Part shown: one piece after another, positions 32,926 through 43,750 of the stretch | Position numbering within the stretch: the first letter of the stretch is position 1 | Layout of the letters: each line of letters opens with the position of its first letter | Assembly (NCBI GenBank): GCA_963721455.1 | Contig: CAVRJG010000046.1 | Location: forward strand, 26,719-90,718 | Source of the DNA: an uncultured Methanosarcinaceae archaeon | GTDB lineage: Archaea; Halobacteriota; Methanosarcinia; Methanosarcinales; Methanosarcinaceae | DNA length: 64,000 nt | Direction of reading: 5' to 3' | The notes under the pieces: generated by a model | Told to the model about the DNA's origin: nothing | Database searches by the model: none | Seen by the model: only the letters and a program-made list of their open reading frames with translations | Translations under genes and position numbers: made by a program

Positions 32926-34428
32926 ATGACAGAGAGTGAGGAGACAGGTACTGAGGAGACGGATACGGAAAGTGTTCCCCAAGCAGCGCGTGGAATGGTC
33001 AGGAAGCTTTCCGATAACAGCTGGGAAATCCCAATAGGGCACACGCCGGGAATGAGGGTTCCTGGGCGCCTTTTTGTGTCGGAAAGTTTGCTTGAGGGTA
33101 TCGATCCGGGAACCATTGAGCAGATTGCAAACGTGGCAACTCTTCCCGGCATTCTGAAGTATTCCATGGCAATGCCTGATGCCCACCTGGGCTACGGGTT
33201 TGCAATCGGCGGGGTTGCGGCTTTTGACAGGGAAGAAGGAATTATCAGCCCCGGAGGGGTGGGGTTTGACATCAACTGCGGGGTCAGGCTAATTCGCACT
33301 AACCTGCAGAAAGAGGACGTGGTTCCCCATATTGAGGCGCTTACCGACGCCCTTTTCCATAATGTTCCCTCAGGAGTCGGCTCAAAAAGCCGTATCAGGG
33401 CTTCTGACCGGGAGCTTGATGACGCTTTTCTCCATGGGGCAAAATGGGCTGTGGAGGCCGGGTATGGAGTTGAGGCAGACATGGAACACTGTGAGGCAGA
33501 CGGTTTCCTGGATGGCGCCGATCCTTCTCACGTGAGCGCGAAAGCCAGGACCCGGGGCAAGCCCCAGTTCGGGACCCTTGGGAGCGGAAACCATTTCCTT
33601 GAAGTCCAGTATGTAGATGAGATCTATGACAGGGATGTGGCTTCGGCTTTCGGGCTTGAAGAAGGGCAGGTCACAGTGATGATCCACTGCGGTTCACGGG
33701 GTGCGGGACACCAGATCTGCACGGATCACCTCAAGGAGCTTTCCCAGGCCGTAAAGAAGTACGGGATCCAGATTCCGGACAAACAGCTTGCATGTGCTCC
33801 GGCTCAGTCAAGGGAGGCACAGAACTACTTCAAAGCCATGCTCTGTGCTGCAAACTACGCCTGGGCTAACCGTCAGGTGATCACCCACTGGACTAGAGAA
33901 ACATTTGAAAAGATCTTCGGCAGGGATGCTGACGATCTGGGAATGGACCTCCTTTATGACGTTGCTCATAACGTGGCAAAACTTGAAGAGCACATTGTGG
34001 ACGGCAGGAAAAAAGAGGTATATGTGCACCGGAAAGGGGCTACAAGGGCATTTCCCCCGGAGCATCCCGAAGTTCCGGCGGCTTACCGGGCTGTAGGACA
34101 ACCGGTTTTGATCCCGGGGAGCATGGGGACCCCCTCCTTTATCCTTTGCGGCACAAAAGAAGCAATGGATATCTCTTTCGGCAGTGCCTGTCACGGGGCC
34201 GGGAGGGTCATGAGCAGGGCACATGCAAAGAAAGAATTCCGCGGACAGACTATAAAAGAAAACCTTGAGGCTCAAGGCATTACAGTAAGAGCAACGCATC
34301 CTTCAGTAATTGCAGAGGAAGCTCCGGGTGTATACAAATCCAGCAGCGAAGTGGTAAATGTCGTGCACGAGCTTGGCATTGCGCGTAAGGTTGCAAGAGT
34401 TATTCCTTTAGGGGTTGCAAAAGGTTAA
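32926..34428 (+). CDS. rtcB: tRNA-splicing ligase RtcB
   Basis: [37 protein letters not shown] and HGAGR motifs. Confidence 0.96.
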   Translation: MTESEETGTEETDTESVPQAARGMVRKLSDNSWEIPIGHTPGMRVPGRLFVSESLLEGIDPGTIEQIANVATLPGILKYSMAMPDAHLGYGFAIGGVAAFDREEGIISPGGVGFDINCGVRLIRTNLQKEDVVPHIEALTDALFHNVPSGVGSKSRIRASDRELDDAFLHGAKWAVEAGYGVEADMEHCEADGFLDGADPSHVSAKARTRGKPQFGTLGSGNHFLEVQYVDEIYDRDVASAFGLEEGQVTVMIHCGSRGAGHQICTDHLKELSQAVKKYGIQIPDKQLACAPAQSREAQNYFKAMLCAANYAWANRQVITHWTRETFEKIFGRDADDLGMDLLYDVAHNVAKLEEHIVDGRKKEVYVHRKGATRAFPPEHPEVPAAYRAVGQPVLIPGSMGTPSFILCGTKEAMDISFGSACHGAGRVMSRAHAKKEFRGQTIKENLEAQGITVRATHPSVIAEEAPGVYKSSSEVVNVVHELGIARKVARVIPLGVAKG

Positions 34429-34564
34429 GTTAAGATCTTATGACGAAAAACAGGTTCAGATCCTGAAATGAGTAAACATCGGAAGTTTCTGGAATACTTT
34501 GGCATGCAGAATGAAATTTTTAACCTTAATTTTTTCTTTTAATATTTTCTTTAATTCTTTTCTT

Positions 34565-35728
34565 TTAATTTCCGGCCCTTTCATTTTTCAGGAGCTTCAT
34601 TCTTTTGCAGGATATCCGGGCTCTTCCATATCTTCTTCCATTAAGTGCGAGTTCAGAACTTTCGAGTTTTGATTCCGGGTAGAATTTGAATACGATCATG
34701 CTTGAGTATGAGGATGTCTCGAAAGGTGTACCGTTTTCCCTGAATATGTTCGAAAAGTATTCAACAAGGTTGTGGATAACTCTTTCATCTTTGAAGTCGT
34801 GGAAAATGGTTAAGGACTCATTCCCGGGTTCAAGGCAGCTATCTATATTCTTGACAAGCTGGGTTGCCAGGTACATTCTCCTGAAATGGACAAATAAATC
34901 CGGAAGAGTCATATCAGTTACCGACTGCTTGCACAGGCGTTCAAGGATTTTTGTCGGGTTTGGAACTTCTCCGGTTGCAAAAATTTCAAACTGGCTCCGA
35001 TGCAGAGTTACGAGATTGAACCTCTCAACATTATAAGTATACATGAGCTGAGTCCAGAACTCGGTATTGTCGTCCAGTTCCTTACATAAAATATCAAGAT
35101 ACCCGAAGTGTTTCCTGATTCCTGGCATAGTCTCATTCGAAGATGTAGATGGATTCTTTTTGAAAGAAATCTGGGTCGAGTTTGCTTTCCTGAAAACATG
35201 CTCAACATCGAGTTGTCTCCATCTGGAAAGGAAATGAGCCACCAGCTGGGCAAAAAAGTCTCTACTATGTACAGTAGCGTTGGAGATGAGTACGAGTGCG
35301 GATTCGGGATTATGGATATCTTCACATTTTATTGAAGTTCGGATTGTCCATTGATAGTTTCTGGAAACCCGGTTCAGATGGTCTTCGAGTTGTTTCATAT
35401 CCTGAATCTCAAACGGATTGACAAGTTCATTGACAAGCTCTTCGTCCGTGAGCCTGCCTCTGGTATACCTGAACAGCCATTCGAGCATCGTCTTATTTAT
35501 AACGATATTTTCTCCGTTCTGAATTGTATCATTCAACTCTTCTTTTGCAGGAGTTTCTTTTAAAAACCCTATTGCTTCGTCAATACTCTTATGATATGTA
35601 AGAGCTGTATCCGCAACTTCAATGGTATCCCTGACTGCAGCGCTCAAGTTCCCATTATTGGCATCCAGAAGGGGCTGTAACTTTTTAAGGTATTTGTCAT
35701 CCAGGGATATGTTCTTTCTGATCAGCAT
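34565..35728 (-). CDS. Conserved hypothetical protein with N-terminal ribbon-helix-helix-like segment
   Basis: MLIRKNISLDDKYLKKL..GNLSAAVRD is RHH-like; the C-terminal ~25 aa may be frameshifted. Confidence 0.65.
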   Translation of the reverse strand: MLIRKNISLDDKYLKKLQPLLDANNGNLSAAVRDTIEVADTALTYHKSIDEAIGFLKETPAKEELNDTIQNGENIVINKTMLEWLFRYTRGRLTDEELVNELVNPFEIQDMKQLEDHLNRVSRNYQWTIRTSIKCEDIHNPESALVLISNATVHSRDFFAQLVAHFLSRWRQLDVEHVFRKANSTQISFKKNPSTSSNETMPGIRKHFGYLDILCKELDDNTEFWTQLMYTYNVERFNLVTLHRSQFEIFATGEVPNPTKILERLCKQSVTDMTLPDLFVHFRRMYLATQLVKNIDSCLEPGNESLTIFHDFKDERVIHNLVEYFSNIFRENGTPFETSSYSSMIVFKFYPESKLESSELALNGRRYGRARISCKRMKLLKNERAGN

Positions 35729-36733
35729 ATTTCCACCCGATATGATCCGGTTCTCTGGCTCTTTATGCTACGATCCGTTATTGGTGCCCTTAAAATCAGG
35801 ACTCTTTTATGGCTTCCGGTTTAAAAATTTAGAAAATTCCTTTTTTATAAAGAGATACTCTGCAAGCCCTAAAAATTTTTACTTATAACCCTATTTTATG
35901 GTACTGGTAAGTACTACCGAATATTAAATCTTTCTGTTTAGTATTATTTCTTGATAACTTTCTTTAATATATAATTCCTCAGGCTTGTCAATTAATTTCA
36001 CATTTTTATACAATATTGTCATATTTACAAACTCTGGCGATTTGTTCAGATGCACATTTTTGTCGATTGTCTTATTTTCAAATTTTAATTGAATTTTTCT
36101 TTTGATGTCAAGCGAAAAACGTGGCAAATGGCCGGAATCAGATGATACCGGTTCACAACTCTTTATATATATATGTTAAGACAGTGTACAACATGTAAAT
36201 TACAAAAGTCGGAATGTGAATAGGACTGGTATAACCTGGAAGATCACATTATCGGTTTCACCCTGTCCTTACAGTTTGTCTAACCTTTGATCGCCTACTC
36301 TAATCTCGATAGCATCGGTTGACACTTTTTAAAAGCTGTGAGTTTGGGAGTCTATTGTACAGCTTCTGCTTGAGTGCGGGGTATATACTCTTCAGGTTCT
36401 TACAATTTCCTGATAACTCATGATCTTCCGAGGCAATAGCAGCCCCAAAAAGCGAGTTTGGGAGTGGATTAATAAGTACCTGGCAGGTTCTGATGGAATT
36501 ATTCAACCAGCCAGGAACTTTCATCCTAAAAAGAAATGTAAAACCTTTTAATATCTGTATTCTTTCTGCCTTTTCCTTTGTGGCCTCTACTCGGATACTA
36601 TATTTTTGCCGGAAAAGTAGCAGATAATATAAGAGTGAACTACCACTCAGCTAAAGACTGAGTGGCTTCTCGTTTCATTCCCCGAACCATTGTCCGTAAG
36701 TCCACGAGCACTACCCTACGTTCCATAGGTGAA

Positions 36734-37846
36734 TTAGATTACTACCAAATTTTGAGACTGTAATGCAAACTTCTTAATATTTATCGCCGCATTTACATCT
36801 CTATCATGGGATGTATTACAATCAGGACAAATCCACTCTCTAACCTTGAGAGTTAAATCCTGATTGTAGTATCCGCAATTGTTACATATTTTACTTGATG
36901 GTACAAATCTACCTATCATTAATACCGTTTTTCCGAACCATTGAGCTTTATATTCTATTTTAGTTACGAAGCTACCCCATGCTGCATCACTAATAGCCTG
37001 AGCTAAACAGTGATTTTTTACCATACCTTTAACGTTCAGAGTTTCCAGAGATACTGCTTGGTTTTCGCTTATTAGTTTAAAAGAGAGTTTGTTCTGGAAA
37101 TCATTACGTTGATTGGTAACTTTTTCATGGAGCTTTGCAAGTCTAATTATAGCTTTTCTTCTACGGTTAGAACCTTTTACCTTTCGACTTACTTGCTTCT
37201 GTAATACCTTAAGGGTTTGTAGTGATGTTTTCAGGTACTTCGGATTTTCTACTTTCTCACCATTAGAAAGAACTGCAAAATCCTTTATACCTACATCAAT
37301 TCCTATGGTTGTTGCTGCTGTAAATTCTTGTTTTACAGGAGCTTCTTTGTTATCTTCCACAAGAATACTGATGTAATATTTGCCAGTACATGATTTTGAA
37401 AGAGTTGCAACTTTTAGTGTACCATCAAACTTCCTATGAATGACAGCTTTAACTTTACCGATTTTAGGAAGTTTGATTATCCCACTATCAAAATCGACAG
37501 TATAATGTTGTGGAATGGGAAATGACTGTACTGGATTCTTCTTTGATTTAAACTTAGGGAATCCGGTCTTTTCTCTAAAGAATTTAGTAAATGCAGATTC
37601 AAGATTTCGAGTCATTCCCTGTAATGATTGAGAATTTACCTCAGTTAACCATGTTTTCTCTTCTTTAAGTGCAGTTATTTTTTTGTTTAAGTCAAACTGT
37701 GAAATAGAATGATTTGTTTGTTCATAGGTTTTGATTTTCTCTGCTAGAGCCCAGTTATAGACAAACCTACAGCTACCAATGTGCTTTTCTATTAGCGTTT
37801 TTTGGTATTTTGTAGGGTAGAGTCTAAACTTGTAGGCTTTTAACAT
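36734..37846 (-). CDS. tnpB: TnpB RNA-guided endonuclease (IS605 OrfB)
   Basis: MLKAYKFRLYP HTH start, RuvC residues GIDVG / ETLNV / DRDVNAA, and zinc finger CNNC..CPDC. Confidence 0.93.
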   Translation of the reverse strand: MLKAYKFRLYPTKYQKTLIEKHIGSCRFVYNWALAEKIKTYEQTNHSISQFDLNKKITALKEEKTWLTEVNSQSLQGMTRNLESAFTKFFREKTGFPKFKSKKNPVQSFPIPQHYTVDFDSGIIKLPKIGKVKAVIHRKFDGTLKVATLSKSCTGKYYISILVEDNKEAPVKQEFTAATTIGIDVGIKDFAVLSNGEKVENPKYLKTSLQTLKVLQKQVSRKVKGSNRRRKAIIRLAKLHEKVTNQRNDFQNKLSFKLISENQAVSLETLNVKGMVKNHCLAQAISDAAWGSFVTKIEYKAQWFGKTVLMIGRFVPSSKICNNCGYYNQDLTLKVREWICPDCNTSHDRDVNAAINIKKFALQSQNLVVI

Positions 37847-37890
37847 AGTAATTATTATATATTTACAGATACTTATATTTATCTGTAAAT

Positions 37891-38285
37891 ATGATGATAC
37901 GAGACAAGAAACCATAGCAAATTTTCGTTAATGTACCATGTTATCTTCGTTTGCAAGTACCGGAAAAAGATACTTGAACCTATTAGTGAAGAGCTTAAAC
38001 AGATCGTCTTTGATATTTAAAAGAGTCAGATTTTGAAATGCTTGAAATGGAAACTAACAAAGACCATATCCATTTCTTAATTAAGAGCGAACCGAAAGTT
38101 AGTGTGCTTGCAATAGTTAGAAGATTGAAACAAGAGTCTACTAACAGGTTATGGAAAACTCAAAACGGCTATTTGAAGAAGTATTATTGGAGTGAAAATT
38201 CATTATGGAGTGATGGGTATTTTGCATCTACTATAGGGAATGTTAGTAACGAAGCTGCTGAAATTACATATGGAATCAGGGTTAA
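37891..38285 (+). pseudogene. tnpA: IS200-type Y1 transposase TnpA, frameshifted
   Basis: YHVIFVCKYRKK, HUH motif DHIHFL and LWSDGYF lie in different frames; indels near 37897, 38018 and 38262. Confidence 0.85.
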
Positions 38286-38339
38286 AGTTGACGCTTACAT
38301 TCCCTGAGCTAAAGACTCAGGGGTTTTACGCTTCTTTCT

Positions 38340-38695
38340 ATAAAAAGTGGAGAATCGGTGGAGATGTTCATGCACCGATGGAAAACAAGCTCAAATTTCT
38401 TATGAGATTGGAAGGAAAAGAACAGGTAGGAATGTACCTGAGAAACCAGAACATCAGAGATGAGTCTTTTGATGACCAGTATAAAAAGAGAGCTGAATGT
38501 GAAAAGATACATGGAAATATTACGGGTACAGTAAAATTCGATATCAGAAGAGTGAGAAATGGGAGTAGAGGACTCTACTCTCTATTAAGTTTCATAGCAT
38601 ATCAACTGCTGGTGCTGACAGAAATACAAAATAAAGTTGGAAATAAGAATTATTTGGGAGATACTTTTAAAGAAACGGGTGTCAAATTAGATTAA
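38340..38695 (+). pseudogene. C-terminal remnant of a second, probably DDE-type, transposase
   Basis: YKKRAECEKIHG (Y-x2-R-x2-C-E pattern like DDE C-termini); the N-terminus is missing at the IS605 boundary. Confidence 0.55.
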
Positions 38696-38842
38696 AGATT
38701 TTAAGAGCTAATTTGAGATCCTTATATAAGAATAAAGATTTGCCAGAAAAGTCACAGTGAATCAAAAATAGGAAGTAAAGCAAAGGAAAATTTCCTCTGC
38801 TTTCAAGCCTTAAAATGCTTTTCAATTTTTTTTTCGTTCCGT

Positions 38843-39794
38843 TTATGTCAGCTTGGTAACCGGGTGGTTTGCCAGATCTGCGATCTCGACGCCAAGTTCC
38901 TTTGCAGTTTCTCCAAGCATGATGTCGACCATTGCGACAGCAGGGAAAACTTCGTTGACGTTCTCGATAGGTCCATAAAGAACGTAATCGGCGCCTGCAA
39001 TCTGTGCTACCAGGTTGGTACCAATGTCTGTAGGCATGTAGACAGCTTTCGGATCAGGCTGAGTTTTCTTGAATTTCCGGAACCAGCTCCAGGAAGATGC
39101 CATGTTGTGGAATCCACCGCCAACAGGCAGGCCGAGTATTCCTTTAATTGTCGGAACTGAGCGGATTGTTGCGCCTGAGCCTGCACCGAGAGGCATTGCT
39201 GCAACGTCAATGATGGGACGCGTTATTCCGCATTCCTTGGCGACCTGGAGCATACCCTTGGTCTGTCCGGAACCACCGACTTGAAGGATGTCCAGCTTTC
39301 CTTTTAAGGACGGGTCAGTTGCGTTGAAGGCAAGGACAATTGAAGAATTCCACATCGCTTTCCTTGAGCACGTCTATTTCGTCCTGTTCAATACTTGCAT
39401 TAATCGAGTTGTGAATCGCCCTGTCTGCAACACCGATTTCGGTACAGTACTTAGCTGCGGCTGCACGCACGTTTCCGGCTGAGGAGTCGATCAGGAAGGG
39501 GGTCTTGTCTTCGAGCCCAACAAACCAGTCAATATAACGTATAATTGCTTCAGGGGTTTCTCCCACAATCTGGTTTACGTAGGGGTTTCCTGTGGCATCG
39601 CTCATAGACACCTGGGTATTCCAGAGGGTTTCTGCAGCTGCCCTGTCGAAGATACCCTTGTCTTCATCAGTCACAATCTTGTGCCTTCCATAGAACATGG
39701 TACTGACTAACACGGTTGGGTATTCACCCGGCTGTCCGCCGAACTTAACTCCTCCGATTTCAAAAACTTCCTGTTTCTTGTCAAACTTGAACAT
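38843..39794 (-). CDS. mtrH: Tetrahydromethanopterin S-methyltransferase subunit H, split by a +1 frameshift at about 39346-39349
   Basis: MFKFDKKQEVFEIGGVKFGGQPGEYPTVL N-half and SIVLAFNATD...YGPIEN...HPVTKL C-half lie in adjacent frames. Confidence 0.9.
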
Positions 39795-39807
39795 TTTGAT
39801 CCCTCAC

Positions 39808-40032
39808 TTACATGAACATTGATGATACCGAGACATAGATCAGGAAGAGCAGAAGGCCAATAACTCCGCCGTATAGAATTCCCATATCTCTTCCTACTTT
39901 CTTTCCGATTCTCTGTGCAATTTCACTGTTGACAAACTCTACTTTTTCATCGATCTTATCGAGCCTTTTCATTACTTCGTTGAATTCGCCTGGCTCTACA
40001 AATGCTGCTGGTGCTTTTACCATATTATTCAC
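39808..40032 (-). CDS. mtrG: Mtr subunit G
   Basis: RLDKIDEKVEF..SEIAQRIGKKVGRDMGILYG; operon position. Confidence 0.93.
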   Translation of the reverse strand: MNNMVKAPAAFVEPGEFNEVMKRLDKIDEKVEFVNSEIAQRIGKKVGRDMGILYGGVIGLLLFLIYVSVSSMFM

Positions 40033-40041
40033 CTCTTACGC

Positions 40042-40266
40042 TTATAGACCGACAGCTAGTGGGAGTATAATTACCATCACCAGTGAAAAGAGGAAACCAG
40101 CTACAAAACCGATCATTCCGGTAGCCATGACTCCGGAGTCCAGCTTCTGGTTCCTCGCAATCAGCTGTGCTCTGTACCGAATGCTCTCAACAGTAGCGTC
40201 AATTGCACCCATCTGGGGGGCAAGCACCATTGGGACCCCTTGTCCGTATTCTTCTGCCATTTTCAT
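40042..40266 (-). CDS. mtrF: Mtr subunit F
   Basis: [17 protein letters not shown] motif. Confidence 0.93.
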   Translation of the reverse strand: MKMAEEYGQGVPMVLAPQMGAIDATVESIRYRAQLIARNQKLDSGVMATGMIGFVAGFLFSLVMVIILPLAVGL

Positions 40267-40988
40267 TACCTCCCGAGCAGTAACATTCCAAGCAGGGATA
40301 TGGTTACGGCCAATCCGATCATGGCACCTTCAACCTTGCCTGCGTGAACCCCTGAGTGGAATTTGTTCCAGTTTCCTATGTCAAGCATGCGGGATTCAAT
40401 GCCCTTCAGCCTGGCGCGGATAACTGCAATTTCACCGGATACCGGCCTGACAACAGCGCCCTCTTCTTCCTCTCCGCCTTCTTCACTGATCTCCACGACC
40501 AGTGGTTCTGCATCAAAGGCCCCAGGGTCTTTTGAGGCGAGTTCCCTCACCTTGGCGGTGATGGCACCCATGTCTTCTGTATCCAGCAGATTGACGACCT
40601 GAACCTGTTCCTGGAAACGGGTAACTGCAGCTGGATTAAGGTTTTCCACATACGGAATTGCACCTAATGCTCCTGCAATCCTGTTGTCTTTTACACCGTT
40701 TGCATGGAGGCTCATCATTGACTGTCCGGTAATGTGTCCCTTAACCTCAGAGCCGGTTACAAGCAGGTATCTGATGTTCGGGTTTGAGATAATGTGGGCA
40801 ACGACCTTTTCAATACCGAGGTTTTCGGTTTTACATGAGCCGGTAACTGCTGCACCTGCATCAAGAACAGGCTTCCCTGCAAGGTGTGATCCGCAGGTAA
40901 TTACCAGTACACAGTTCTTGACATCGCCAACTTCGTATTCACCTTTTAAAATTGGCCATCCTGGTGCGGGCTCTCTTTTATTCACCAT
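40266..40988 (-). CDS. mtrA: Mtr subunit A (corrinoid protein)
   Basis: [26 protein letters not shown] and EVKGHITGQ motifs. Confidence 0.97.
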   Translation of the reverse strand: MVNKREPAPGWPILKGEYEVGDVKNCVLVITCGSHLAGKPVLDAGAAVTGSCKTENLGIEKVVAHIISNPNIRYLLVTGSEVKGHITGQSMMSLHANGVKDNRIAGALGAIPYVENLNPAAVTRFQEQVQVVNLLDTEDMGAITAKVRELASKDPGAFDAEPLVVEISEEGGEEEEGAVVRPVSGEIAVIRARLKGIESRMLDIGNWNKFHSGVHAGKVEGAMIGLAVTISLLGMLLLGR

Positions 40989-40989
40989 T

Positions 40990-41313
40990 TTACACTCCTC
41001 CCATCATTCTACTTATGGCTATGGCTAGAGCCAGCAGTCCGCAAAAGGCAAGACCTACAACGACTCCAAAGAAAGAGTTGCTGTAGAATCCAGCCATGTA
41101 GGATGTATTTTCACGACCGGGCCATGAGTTAAGGAGCGGCATGCTTGGGGAAAGGGAATTTACAAGGTCCTCCGCGATTGCATCAAGCTTGTCCAGCCTC
41201 TCAAAGACAGGTTCCATGGAATACTCAATCGAGTCTTCCCTTTCTTCCGCCACAATTGCGGTGTCCGGGTCAAGGACCAGATGTACTTCGGGAGCTATTC
41301 TAATCATGCTCAT
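40990..41313 (-). CDS. mtrB: Mtr subunit B
   Basis: [16 protein letters not shown] and WPGRENTSY motifs. Confidence 0.93.
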   Translation of the reverse strand: MSMIRIAPEVHLVLDPDTAIVAEEREDSIEYSMEPVFERLDKLDAIAEDLVNSLSPSMPLLNSWPGRENTSYMAGFYSNSFFGVVVGLAFCGLLALAIAISRMMGGV

Positions 41314-42110
41314 TGTAGTTCCTCCGCACTGGGCAGCAGACCGGTTCCGACCACCTGGTATGCATCTCTCTTAATAAGCGCATAATATTTGGTGAAACCG
41401 AAATACCAGATAATGATTCCCAGAAGTGTTGTCACAAAAGCTGGTCCCAGCCCTACACCAACTGCGGATGCTATGCCTGCAATGACCATTGAAAGTGCAC
41501 CTTTTTCCAGGGCACATACAAGAGTCCTGTCCTGCGATTCATCAGGTCCAAGGTTTGCATTGAAAGGGTGCAGCATTGCCATACCGCCTGCGATGTAAAT
41601 CACTGCTATAAAGCCCGTTGTGACCACATTTTCGACTACTGGCATGTACTCAAACGAACCGGTCATTGCGACACTTAATCCGATAATTAACAGGGCTCCT
41701 GCTCCCGCAATCTCTACCATTGTCTGTTCCATGACAGGAATGGCCATGCCGATTACCTTGTTAGCAAGTAGACCGATCACAGCTCCGAGGATGCATGCGA
41801 CAATGAATGCGACAATAGGGCCTAAGATGCCACCAACGGACAGCCCGAAGAGAGCTGCGACTACTCCCATACCAAGGGCAAGCAGACCGATTGACGGGAC
41901 ACCTGTACCAAGCCCGTAGCTTGCAACGCGCCGGACCGCATCAGCACCCCATATAGCGGCGCAAATTGCTCCAATAGCTCCGAAGAACGAAAATAGCGGG
42001 CTTATTAAGGCACCAAGGTAGATCCCCACAAGGCCGCCAACTACACCGAGACCTATGGTTGTTTGCGGGGGGTATTTTAGTTTAGCTGCTCCAGATCCTC
42101 CTCCAGACAT
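41310..42110 (-). CDS. mtrC: Mtr subunit C
   Basis: [21 protein letters not shown] and [11 protein letters not shown] motifs. Confidence 0.95.
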   Translation of the reverse strand: MSGGGSGAAKLKYPPQTTIGLGVVGGLVGIYLGALISPLFSFFGAIGAICAAIWGADAVRRVASYGLGTGVPSIGLLALGMGVVAALFGLSVGGILGPIVAFIVACILGAVIGLLANKVIGMAIPVMEQTMVEIAGAGALLIIGLSVAMTGSFEYMPVVENVVTTGFIAVIYIAGGMAMLHPFNANLGPDESQDRTLVCALEKGALSMVIAGIASAVGVGLGPAFVTTLLGIIIWYFGFTKYYALIKRDAYQVVGTGLLPSAEELQ

Positions 42111-42836
42111 TTAAATCCCTCCAAGCTGTCCGATTGCTACTACTGCCACAAGGGCGCAGAGAACTGTTGCAATCAAGGAACACATAACCGCTTTCGGCCA
42201 TTTTTTGAATTTCGGGTCATGGAATCCTTCAATTGTACCACCGATGTTGTACGAGGGGATAACAGCATTTACAAAGAAAATTCCTATTGAGAAAATTGCC
42301 ACAACTGCTACAAGATTCGGATTAATTGTAGCGCCTGTCATTCCTACCTGCATAAGGGCATAGTATATGAGAGCTCCTCCAATACCTCCGAGGCCGCCGC
42401 CTATATTTCCGCTTACGAAACAGACGGTTGGAAGCCCGTGTCCTTCAGTACCCTGAGAGACATAGAGGTCCTGTCTGTACTTGGTGATAGGGTCAACCTT
42501 TACCTTTGCAGATGCAGGTACACAGCCCACACCATAGGCGTAGACCCAGCTTCCGACAAGCATGGTGACTGCTATCATGATCATTGCACCGACTGCCGCA
42601 GAAGCAATGATTAGAGGGAAATTCGTGGTTACTTTCATCATATACGCGGCACTTACAAGCCCCGTAAGCCCGGCTCCGGCTGCGAGCTGCACTGTACCGG
42701 TACCGATACCGGTTGCCTGAGCCATTGCTGCAGGAGCACCGCCCACAGGTACGAAGTGGACGCTCTGGGAAATCAGCGCACCGCCGATTGTAATTATTGC
42801 TATCCAGAGAAGGTTAGCAGTGATGATTTCAATCAT
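42111..42836 (-). CDS. mtrD: Mtr subunit D
   Basis: VHFVPVGGAPAAMAQATG, GTEGHGLPT and SYNIGGTIEGFHDPKFK motifs. Confidence 0.95.
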   Translation of the reverse strand: MIEIITANLLWIAIITIGGALISQSVHFVPVGGAPAAMAQATGIGTGTVQLAAGAGLTGLVSAAYMMKVTTNFPLIIASAAVGAMIMIAVTMLVGSWVYAYGVGCVPASAKVKVDPITKYRQDLYVSQGTEGHGLPTVCFVSGNIGGGLGGIGGALIYYALMQVGMTGATINPNLVAVVAIFSIGIFFVNAVIPSYNIGGTIEGFHDPKFKKWPKAVMCSLIATVLCALVAVVAIGQLGGI

Positions 42837-43750
42837 GCGTTCGCCTCTTCTTCGCTCTTGTCTGCTTTATACGGACCGAATGCCTTCCTGGCTCTGGCTT
42901 CAATATCCCAGTTCCAGATAGTTAAAATAACAACAATAAGAAGACCTGCAGCAACTGAGAGCCAGCCCATGCCCACTCCTTTTGCAGGATCAAAAATAGT
43001 GGTTATCCAGCTGCCCAGGAATACAGTCATTCCAAAAGCAAGCCCTGTAACAGGTCCACCGAACTTTGCACAGAACCAGGAGTTATCAAAACCGTCCCTG
43101 ATACCTGATTCGGCATACCTGACAATGTTTCCTGAGTTTGAAGCATTCAGGCCTGTCCCGAATTCAAACTGCTGGAATTCACGTTCTGCACCATAGTGGA
43201 CGTCACCTGTGGACGATCCGATTGCACCGACGGTGATTCCCCAGATAAAGGCCATTATAGGCATCGGGAAGGGGTGACCGAGTACGGCGACCATCAGGTA
43301 CGAGACTACCAGGACACAGAACGTCGTTATGAACGAATACCCCATTATTGCGGGGGTGTGTGATCTGATCATGTCCAGGTATACCGGCTGTTTGAAACGA
43401 CTCTGACTGGCACAGCGGCCCATTGTAGCGGTAACTGCATACGTTCCATGCACAGTCGCTGCAACAATGGAGCCGAGAACCAGTGCCAGAAGCGGTGAGA
43501 AATTTAATACGCTAATTAATGTAACCGCCACAGTAGCACCAATGCTGCACATTAACGCATTGGATGGTGGTTCACCGGAAATGGCTTTATTGAAGATTCT
43601 ATGTGGATACGCCATCTGGGGAGCTAATTGCACCTGAGAGTTAGGGTTACTCTGCGATCCTATATCAGATTCCAGGTCCTCTGAGGCACCTGCAATGGTC
43701 GCAGCCACTCCGATAAGTGCAAGCACTCCCATGCTTATGAGTGGTTCCAT
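42833..43750 (-). CDS. mtrE: Mtr subunit E
   Basis: EDLESDIGSQSNPNSQVQLAPQM and GSSTGDVHYGAERE motifs. Confidence 0.96.
   Translation of the reverse strand: MEPLISMGVLALIGVAATIAGASEDLESDIGSQSNPNSQVQLAPQMAYPHRIFNKAISGEPPSNALMCSIGATVAVTLISVLNFSPLLALVLGSIVAATVHGTYAVTATMGRCASQSRFKQPVYLDMIRSHTPAIMGYSFITTFCVLVVSYLMVAVLGHPFPMPIMAFIWGITVGAIGSSTGDVHYGAEREFQQFEFGTGLNASNSGNIVRYAESGIRDGFDNSWFCAKFGGPVTGLAFGMTVFLGSWITTIFDPAKGVGMGWLSVAAGLLIVVILTIWNWDIEARARKAFGPYKADKSEEEANA

Larger units (their letters stand above)
36635..38339 (-). mobile_element. IS200/IS605-family element (divergent tnpA and tnpB)
   Basis: Subterminal hairpins with identical loops: ccactcag-ctaaaga-ctgagtgg (36643-36665) and ccctgag-ctaaaga-ctcaggg (38302-38322). 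On the minus strand the right end finishes ...GTTCAC and the left end follows TTTAT. Confidence 0.85.

Noticed and set aside
36300-36524. 74-aa minus-strand ORF beside the IS right end
   Set aside because: No recognisable family or RBS; it may be a decayed gene fragment but cannot be supported.
38240-38695. 151-aa ORF as an intact gene
   Set aside because: It is a chimera of the tnpA tail, the IS end hairpin and a transposase remnant.
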